Assembly (NCBI GenBank): GCA_019828565.1
Contig: JAHDYR010000069.1
Location: 1-64,000 of the forward strand
Reading direction: 5' to 3'
Source: Carpediemonas membranifera BICM
Lineage: Eukaryota; Protista; Fornicata
DNA length: 64,000 nt
A program made the translations under genes and the position numbers. Positions 46,401-54,708 of the stretch are shown here, one piece after another; position 1 is the stretch's first letter, and each line of letters starts with the position of its first letter. The notes beneath the pieces were generated by a model. The model did not search any database. It was not told the DNA's origin and saw only the letters and a list, made by a program, of their open reading frames with translations.

Positions 46401-47864
46401 GTGGGGTGGGTTGTCGGTTTGCTCGTTGCCCTTGGGCGGGCCGTCCCCTGTGGATTCGGTGGCGAGCAGCTTGGTACCCTGGTCCGCCATCCAGATGTTT
46501 GCGATCCTGCTAACGAGGGTGGAAGCGTCGCAGAGGTCCGGGTGGATGAACTCAGGGGCCGGCATTGGCCGGGTAGTAGTATCCCATGCGGCCCACAGCT
46601 CTTTGAAGCCCGGAACCGTCCAGCGAAGCACTAAGTCTTCGGCCTCACTGCGCGCTAGCTCGTCGCCGGCAATGTTGAGGGCTGAATCCGTGGGTGTCCT
46701 GCTAACCAACACAGGTCTGGTCACCCCATCGGTCCTGCTGTAGACAGCTATCGCGGAGAACATGCCACCTTCCCAGGGCTTGACGGCCTGTCCGTCAAGG
46801 GGGGGGAAGCCTCCTGCTGGGGGTCTGGGGCTAAGGGGGACGGGGGCATCCTCCCAGGCCCGACCTAGGGCCACCCACTTGTTGTTGACGTTGTTGTGGG
46901 CTCTGTCCGCACCTGGCGCTTTCGCTGAGCCGGCTGTGGCTTGGCCGCCTGCCTTGAGGAGCCAGGCGGCGCTCTGCTGGCCGAACCTTGTCCTGATCCC
47001 AGGCCCTGTGAGGCTTTGGTGACCTGCGGCCTTGAATGTGCTGGCAACTAGCTCGAACAGCAAGGATCTAGCCGGTGGCGGGCTTGATACCTTGAAGTTG
47101 GCGGCGTTATCCCTCGAGAAGATCACTGTGGTGTTGTTGCACTTGGCGAGGATGGAATCGGCTGCTCTTCGGACTTTTTGCCACTCTTCGGTCGTAGCTA
47201 AGCGTTTTCCAAGCTTGGTGAGCTCTGTTCCAGCTTCGTCTACATCATTCCCCCGGCCCATGGCTTGTTGGGGGAACTTTGTGTTTGTGGCCGAAATTGG
47301 TCTCGAAAAGTCGGAGGGGGAAAGTCGGCATGAATCCCCCGGAGGGGGAGCCCTCCCTGCCCGCCTCGCCTGTAGGCGCCGTTGCCGGCGCTCGTAGGCT
47401 GGGAAACCCGGGGTCAGGGAGTAATCGGCCTTGGAGGTGAACATCACGAAGGCCGGCCCGCATCGGGGCAGTGGCCGGCGCTGTTGGTCCTCGCGGTGGA
47501 TTTTCCAGGCCGCCTGGCTTACCCACCATGGCCTTCCGGTTATCAGGGCGTAGTGGTATAGCAGGATGTCATTTTCTAGCATTTGGGTAGCCGTTATTTC
47601 CCTTTCTCGGCTGGGATTCTGCCACCACTGTAGCTGGTGATCCACTCCTGGGGGGAAGGGATCCTTTATCTTGCTATACCCTTTTAGGTCGCCGTACATC
47701 CGGATCAAGTCGGCGATTTTCTCGGTTCTCGTGCGCTCCTTGCGTAGAGGAGGCCCTATGGGATGCTCGGGGAGGAGATCTTCTGCTCGGGCAACGTACC
47801 CGCCCTGTGGGTTCCTGGGAAACGCGTCCATTGCCGGCCGGTGGCTCGGATGAGGAGTGTGCAT
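43450..47864 (-). CDS. LINE ORF1 (~1450 aa, several frameshifts) containing a Maelstrom-like DEDDh nuclease domain, Pro-rich linkers and a coiled coil
   Basis: Chain of overlapping minus-strand ORFs: 46188-47864, 45650-46369, 45175-45687, 44751-45086, 44348-44860, 43450-44436. MAEL-type motifs at ~45280-45985. Confidence 0.7.
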
Positions 47865-47992
47865 TTTAGTGCTCCATCACCTGATCACACCATAGCCTTG
47901 TGGCGTTGCACGTTGGCCTTTCCGAGCAGGGGCGGGGAGGTGTGGCCTATTGCCTGAGATGCGGGGTCGGTTGCGAACCTTGTAGCCATAAT

Positions 47993-48773
47993 ATGGGTTC
48001 ACCACATTTGGTTCCTGTTACACCCATTAGCCCGCCTGGCGACTACCACCAAGGCCCAGGCATTGCCGCAGCTAAGGTTCAGCCTTCTAAGGTACCTGAT
48101 TCCCCTCTTGGCCCCTCATGCCGATCACCTCCAAGGCCCAGGCATTGCCGCGGCGGAGCCCCAGACCCCTAGAGAGGGCTGGGGGTCGGATTCTTCCACC
48201 ACATCGTCCTCTGTGGAGGAGCTGCCCCCCGGGTCATTGGCATTGCCTTCCTCCCGCAGCGCCCGCGCCTCTGCTCCCAACCTGGTGGGATGGGGCCTCA
48301 GGAGTCCTCAACGCCGACTCTTCCGCTCCTTCCAGGGGAAAGCCGTCCCCCGCCGCCTCCAGCTGGCCCGGTCCCCTGCTTCCCCCGGTCCTCACAACGG
48401 CGAGGGCGCTGCCCCGTTTGTCACGCCATTGGCTTCCTCCCCAGCTGGGGCTCGCACCGTTCGTCAGCCTGTGGCTCCACTTGCGTCAGCCCTCGACGCT
48501 CTCAGCACTTTGGATCGCATCGCCATGGACTGGCACTCGTGTGCCTATGCCTTCGTGGACATGCTCCATGAGGGGACCGACGAGGATCAGCCTGTCGAGA
48601 ACCTACAGGCCATTTTGGCATTCCAGCGCACTTCTCAGTCCCAGATGGTTATGTATCGCAGCAGCAGGGGCGCTCTTGAGCGGGCCCTTAGGCAGTATGT
48701 CCCTTCGGTTTCCCATTTCCTTGCCGACGGAAGCCCCTCAGTGGAGTTCCTGGGCGCCGGGACTCCTCAGTAA
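47993..48773 (+). CDS. Antisense ORF inside the LINE 5' region (~260 aa, one frameshift)
   Basis: MGSPHLVP.. joins ORF 48063-48773. The peptide repeat QGPGIAAA (21-bp direct repeat at 48049-48069 and 48131-48151) becomes in-frame after one indel. Helical-looking C-terminus. Confidence 0.45.
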
Positions 48774-50199
48774 ACACCCAGGGTTGAATGGGGGTTGAGA
48801 CCATGTTGCTGCTGTTCCTTGCGGTATCTGCCTACCACTCGGGTTGCTGGGCCCCGGCATTCTCCCCTTCTCCCAGCGGGGGAGCGCGGCCACAGGGCGC
48901 CATTTGGGTTTCCCTCCAGTTGCGCGTCATTCCTACTAAATTCATGAGTTCATACCTTGGTTTCGGCTTGGTTGCAGTGGTGAGGGCCCTTGGCATGTTG
49001 CTGGGGGCTCCTCTGGACGTTCTTTGCCCTGTGGGTTGAGGAACGTCCGGGCGGTAAGCTTCCCTTGGTCTTTTGGATGGTAATATCCCATCAGACCGCT
49101 CACCGGGGGCTCCATGCCCATACGGGTTTCGTTGCCCCAGAGGGTGCACTTTAGGGAGCACAGAGAACCAACCCAAGCACAGCGCCCGTCCGCTAGCGGG
49201 TTATACAAGGCAGGCAGGGTGGTTTCAGGGCGACGGCTCGTGCCTCCGGCGCTCGCATCTTCCAGTTTTCTGCCACCGGCCCGTTTCGCTTCCGTTTGAC
49301 TTGGTCTCAGGCGATCTCATCGAGGAGGCTAGAGAGAGGCCTCGTGCGCCCTATGGGTAGAAGTGGTAAAGAGTTATGCTGTTCCTGCTGGTATTCCCCG
49401 AGCAGGAGAACTCCCGATGCTGAATTGACCAAAATGTGGCATTCCACGCTATAGGTCACCGCCGCTCTGTTTTGAGCTCTATAAACCTCGAAAGAATCGC
49501 CAATGGCTATCATTCCTCGGCGCTTGGCTTTGTTCCGGTTGGTGATTCCAACTTTCCATACCGGACATTTTAACTGTGGCCGACGCTGCTGGAGCCCTGC
49601 TCCTGAAAATTCCGACGCTTACGCTTGCCCTTAGTCTTGGCCTTAGCGAGGATCGTCTCGATCTCCATCTCAGACTTCGGGGGCGTGGCTCGCAGGGCTG
49701 CAGTGGCGTAGTCACAGACGTTGTCGTCGTAGTCGTCCTTGAGGAGAAGGACCTTGAACCGGCTCAGGAGACGGAGCAGTAGATCGTTCACGTCGATTGA
49801 GTGCGGGTCCGCGGTCGTCAGGAGACGCATGATCTCGCGTAGGAACTTGGCTTCGTCGCGGGGCCCGTACCTCTTGGGGAGCTCCAAATCGAACAAGAAG
49901 GACGGAAAGCCTTGGAAGGTTCCCTGGGTTGCTTGCTCATCGGTTTCTAGCTCGTACTCTTCTTGTTCTACCTCCCTCTGGATGGATCTTTCCTCGATGT
50001 TCTCCATCTTCGTTTTCATGAACTCCAATGTGGCAGTTACGTTGTTGGTAAACTTTCGGAACTCTTCCTGGGATACAGGAGGTTCTGCGGACGTGCCCGA
50101 TGTGCCTTCGGGCATTCGAAATTCTGATGCCATAAACTGCACGTTTCCGTGCGCCCTCTCGGGCGTCTCAGCACCCCGGGTGCCAATGGGCTCGAGTGG

Positions 50200-50635
50200 T
50201 ACTCTTACATCGCGCTAACAGGTTACCTCGGGTAACGGGCCGTGAGCGGAGGGCAATGAGATCGCCTCGCTCCGGCATGGTTATGCGCCGACCAGGCGAG
50301 CCGCGCAGTTTATGCGGGCAGAATTGGGGCTACATCAGCTCTAATGTCACCTTGGGTGACGCCATCCGCAAGAGACGATCAATCGTTGCGCGGGTGCACT
50401 TTAAGCAGGCAGAATGGTAGAAACTTCGGCTCCGCCGACCGTCTCCCGTCTGCCCGCATCGGCCAAGGCCGATGTTCGGCTCATCCGGTAAGATGAGCAC
50501 GTTCGACTTACATAGGTTGCCGGAGCGCAGGTAGGTCCCGAATATTTACTTAGGAGACCGGGGGTTTCTAAAGTAAATCTTCTCCCCCCCGTTGGATATC
50601 AAGCGTAGTATGTGAGAAAGGCTTGCCAGTCAAGC
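50200..50635 (+). mobile_element. ORF-less YR mini-unit 1 (A-spacer-B), diverged relative of YR1
   Basis: A-like ggttacctcgggtaacgggcc...gcagtttatgcgggcagaat and B-like ccccgttgg...GCTTGccagtCAAGC. Start approximate. Confidence 0.7.
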
Positions 50636-50636
50636 G

Positions 50637-50950
50637 TGGCGCTACATCGTCAGTAAGGTTACCTCGGGTAACGGGCCCGGAGCGGAGGGCGATGTGATAG
50701 CCTCACTCCGGGCAAAAGGTGTTTCGCCGGTCAGGCGAGTCACGCAGTTTATGCGGACAGAATGGCGCAAGGTTCGGATCCGCCGGATCCGACGGCACGG
50801 TACCAGTTACGACTGGTATACTCCTTCTCCCTCGGTAAGCGGAGAGGACTTCACGTTTAACTTACACTAGCTTCCTCGTTAACATTGTGTAAATTAAGCG
50901 CCCCCCCCGTTGGTTAATGAAAAGAATGTCATGAGGCTAGGATAGCTAGC
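50637..50950 (+). mobile_element. ORF-less YR mini-unit 2 = A2-spacer-B2 of the YR1 family
   Basis: Reverse complement of 15162-15478 with a few substitutions and a shorter C-run. Confidence 0.9.
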
Positions 50951-50959
50951 GTAGAAAAT

Positions 50960-53900
50960 TCGAGCACCACTCGAGCCCATTGGCACCCGGGGTGCTGAGA
51001 CGCCCGAGAGGGCGCACGGAAACGTGCAGTTTATGGCATCAGAATTTCGAATGCCCGAAGGCACATCGGGCCTAAAGGAGCCCGAGAAGAATAAATCCTT
51101 TACCCCCCCTTTGGGAGTATGAGTTCCTGTCACAGGACCATCACTGGCACCTGCGCGCGCCGATCAATGTGCACTTTAGGTCACACTTCGAAACGCATCG
51201 GCAGGATGTCTGATAACGAAGACCTGCCGCCGCAAGACAGTCCCGATGAGCTTAACAAGCGTATCGAGAAGCTGGAGCGCTTGGTTAAGATACAATCGGA
51301 AGCAATTTTGGAGCAGCAAGCAGAAGCAGCTCGCCGTCCACTGTTCCTGGAGATGCCAAAGAGGTTCGGCCTCGAAGATGAGGCCAGATTCGTATACAAG
51401 ACCATGAATAGGATCGAGAACGGCGCAAAGATGAAGGAGATCGGGAACATTCTCTTTGCAAGAATCCAGTACCTTCTAATCAAGGACGTGTACACTGACG
51501 CTACTGCAGAGCGGTTCGAGAACTATTGCAAGGCGAAGGGCGTGCCTGATCGCGACGAGGTCCTGGAACTGGCGGCCCGCGCCAAGTCTAAGGGCGATAA
51601 GCGCGACGCTAATTTTCGCCGCGGTGGCCGCGCTCAGGACCGAGGTCGCACTCAGACAGGATCCTCCGGCAAGAGAGCCCACACCTAACCCTCTTTCCAT
51701 GCATGAACGCGGCGTGGAGGGAGTGGCAGAGGTTGGGAGCATCACAACGGGTGATCAACTGGTTACGATACGGGGTCGAGATCCGTCTGAGAAGTCAACC
51801 ACCAGCACCAAGGCAACAGCCGACAGTCGACCCATTCATTGTCCAGCAGATTCCTTCCTTGATAGAGACAGGCGTCATAGAGCAAGTGAATCCCTCTTCC
51901 CTGCGACACACCGCCTCGCTGTTTACTGTGCCGAAGGGCGAGTCGAAGAGGATCATTCACAACCTCACGATACTGAACGACTGCTCGGCAGAGCGCTCAT
52001 CCTTCCGGCTCTACGGTCTGCGCAGAGCTCTCTCCCTTCTCCAGAGGGGCGACTGGATGGTCAAGTTCGACCTCAAGTCCGGGTACCATCAAGTACCAGT
52101 ACGGAAGGAGGACCGCAAGCTGCTAGGAGTCTATCTTCCAGACGGACGAGCGTTTCAGTACAGAGTGCTAGGCTTCGGCTGGCGCGCATCGCCGTTCGTG
52201 TTTCAGACGATCACCAACCAACTCGCCAAGATACTAGCCCTTCGGACGGGTCTTACCATCGTTGTCTACCTCGACGACTTCCTCTTATTTCACCGCGACC
52301 GAGAAATCCTGAGGAGGGCGGTGCCGCGCATCAGGCGGACTCTAGCCGACCTCTGTGTCCTCACCTCAGAGGAGAAGTCAGAATGGGCACCGACTCAGTC
52401 ATTGGTCTATCTGGGGCTCGTGATAGACTCCGCGAGTTTTACAATACGCCTCCCGGCGGACAAGGCCAAACGTTACTCCTCTCACATTCATCAGGCTCTG
52501 GCAGGCAAGACCATCGATCAGGAGACTTGGGCCAAGATCCTCGGGAGACTGACTTACTTCGCTACAACCGCCCACGGGGCTTTCCTCCGGCTGAGACACC
52601 TTCAACAGGACCCACTCTCCAAGGAGCTACTGCAAGAGTGGCTGCTACTGCTAAGAGAGCGCCCAGTCCGAGACATCAGAGAACTTCAGTCGCTTTGGGG
52701 CGCTCACCCCTCCTTAGACCTCGTCGTATCGACAGACGCATCTGGAGTCAAGTGGGGAGCAGCCGTGCACGGCGAGTATGGGACCTCAGCCTCGGGCACG
52801 TTCACTCCAGAACTAAGAGCAGAATCTATCAACGTGAAGGAGCTCGCGGGAATCCTACAGGGCATCCGTCTGATCGGCAGACAGAGTTCCCAACGCGAGC
52901 TATCGATCTTCTCAGACAACACATCAGCTCTGGCCTGGCTCAACAAGGCGGGGTCTACGAAGGCTCCACCTCAGGCCCTGCACATTCTAGCCCAGATCCA
53001 GAAGGAGGCGGAGGACCGGAACCTGACACTCCGTGGACTACACACTCCGGGCATCATCAACCTGGCAGCAGATCGGCTGTCCAGAGGCTTCTCACGACTC
53101 CCTTCCTCTCTGGAGTCCAGCATGGAATCTGTCCTCGCGGAGTGGGGTCCAGTCCAGACAGTCTCAGCGGACGTAGACGTAAGGCTTGGATGTCGCGTCC
53201 TCTGGGCCCCCAATTCGTCTATGGCAGCCATAGTCCAGAAGATAGCGACAGCGAGAGTTCAGACTCAGACTGGACACCCGAGGTCTTGGACCTCAGCAGT
53301 CTTTTCTCCTCTACCCAGAGGTTCAAGCGCCGGAGATGAGACTCCTCAAGAGTTGGACGTCCTGGAAACTCCGTCTCTCCGTCCCGGCTTCGAGCTCAGA
53401 TCTGGCCCACCTACTTCACCTACAGGACAGAGGACGCCTACGGTTCAATGTGATGGCGTTCAGGACGTTTTCCACAGAGTCCTCAGGTCGGACAGAGTGA
53501 TTCACCTTAATCACGCGTCTGCTCGGACGGTGGCCGGCTGGGTGGCCAGGTTCGAAGGCTCTCGCGATCGCAGCCTGTCGGATCGAGACCAGCTTGTAGC
53601 CTTCCTCAAGGACGAAGGCTCCTTCTGCGGGCCATCGAACGTGGCGAGGAAGGGCTACTGGATTGTTCAGCTACAGGAGTTCCTCAAAGACTGGCATCCG
53701 CCCGCCAACTCCAAGTACATCGTTAAGCAGGCGGCTAAGGGCGCCAGCACGGCGGGAACTACCGGCGGCTCGCGCGCCATCACCAAGGCTGAGATGATCG
53801 AGGCACTGGGGCGCCGGAGTGACGACTTTGAGTCATATCAGGCATGTCTCTTTGGGGCAGTCGCCTATCTGACGGTGTCCAGAGGCATCGAGATACTCTC

Positions 53901-54609
53901 CCTATGCCCGGCCGACCTGGAGCTACTCAAGAACGGCGACATTCTCCTACACATTCAGCGGACCAAGACCATCCTAACGGGAGTTAAGAAGCGCGTACCA
54001 TACGTATGGCTATCAGCCGCCTTCAACCCGGCCTTGGCACTTAGACGCTGGGTCGAGGGCACACACTACCTGGCTGATGACACCCCCATCTGGCGAGTCA
54101 TAGTCAACGGGCGCCTGAGCAGAGACAAACCGCTCACAGCCGCACACCTCCGACGAGTCGTGAAGGCGTTGTTCGGTCCACGGACGGGTCTCCACAGCTT
54201 CCGTAAGGGGGCAGCGTCGGAGATGGCTCTATCAGGAGTCCCGCTGGAGGTGATCCTCTCAATGGGCACATGGAAGGACGTCACCTCCCTCCGCAGCTAT
54301 GTCGCTGACGCCATCAGAACAAACGAGGACCTCACCAGGAGGATGAACCTCAGCCTTCTCGGGCCCCACTTTTAACCACCCCCTCCATTAAACATCCGCG
54401 TTCGAGGGGAACGGCCGAGGCGAGACGGACTCGCCGGCCTGGATTCATCATTAATTCTTAACTCTGGTCGAGGCGAGATAGACTCGCCGGCCCAAAGCTT
54501 TAGTCCCACAGGGACGTCTTGCGGGATTGTCCCATTTTGGTTGGATTTAAGAGGAGGGCTCTCTGTTATAGAGCCACACTTTGTGGATAGGTGGCTAGCC
54601 TAGTCTAGC
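50960..54609 (+). mobile_element. ORF-less YR mini-unit 3 (YR3 family; 50960-51125 plus 54590-54609), split by YR4
   Basis: 50966-51070 is the inverted copy of the YR3 5' end (50096-50200). The YR3 B sequence cccctttgggagtatgagtt|gggtggctagcctagtctagc is split at 51125/54590. Confidence 0.8.
51126..54589 (+). mobile_element. YR retroelement YR4: ORF1 51206..51688, then RT/RH/MT-remnant and YR within 51703..54375
   Basis: Motifs FDLKSGYHQ, YLDD, STDASG, INVKEL, ADRLSR; SRGIEI, RTKT, HSFRKG, GTW. Confidence 0.9.
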
Positions 54610-54636
54610 ACAGCTAGCTGAAAAGAAGAAAAGATA

Positions 54637-54708
54637 TGGATGAGTGGGGATTTGAACCCCAGGCCTTCAGCATGCGAAGCAGACGCTCTACCACTGAGCT
54701 ACACACCC
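54637..54708 (-). tRNA. tRNA-Ala(CGC)
   Basis: GGGTGTGTAGCTCAGTGGTAGAGCGTCTGCTT CGC ATGCTGAAGGCCTGGGGTTCAAATCCCCACTCATCCA. Has the G3:U70 alanine identity pair and T-tracts downstream. Contains two U-U mismatches. Confidence 0.88.

Larger units (their letters stand above)
36745..49577 (-). mobile_element. Very long APE-type non-LTR retrotransposon (LINE), ~11.3 kb excluding the nested Tc1
   Basis: 16-bp TSD ggccgacgctgctgga at 36729-36744 and 49578-49593. (TTTC/TTC)n-type 3' tail at 36745-36760. Two long ORFs. Confidence 0.88.
33762..50200 (-). mobile_element. YR retroelement YR3 (33762-36744 plus 49578-~50200), split by the LINE; A-ORFs-B form
   Basis: Removing the LINE and one TSD joins ORF1 (from ~50115) to ...SSSVGRRARS*. 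RT/RH/MT lies at ~34782-36700 and YR at 33948-~35000 (HSFRKG, GTW). 3' terminus gctagactaggctagcc at 33762. Confidence 0.88.

Noticed and set aside
50990-51030. Possible hammerhead ribozyme (CTGAGA...GAAAC)
   Set aside because: GAAA does not directly follow stem II; it is the loop of a separate hairpin, so the core geometry is wrong.
50096-51070. 105-bp inverted repeat read as DIRS-type ITRs or a MITE
   Set aside because: It is explained as the A repeat of minus-strand YR3 and the A repeat of plus-strand mini 3 lying back to back.
51703-54375. Apparent in-frame RT-RNaseH-YR fusion protein (890 aa)
   Set aside because: Removing one T in the run near 53302 restores WTSAVFLLYPEVQAPEMRLLK, homologous to YR1 AAILLFPDLNSPEVRALK, and gives the usual two overlapping frames. 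Likely an indel artefact.
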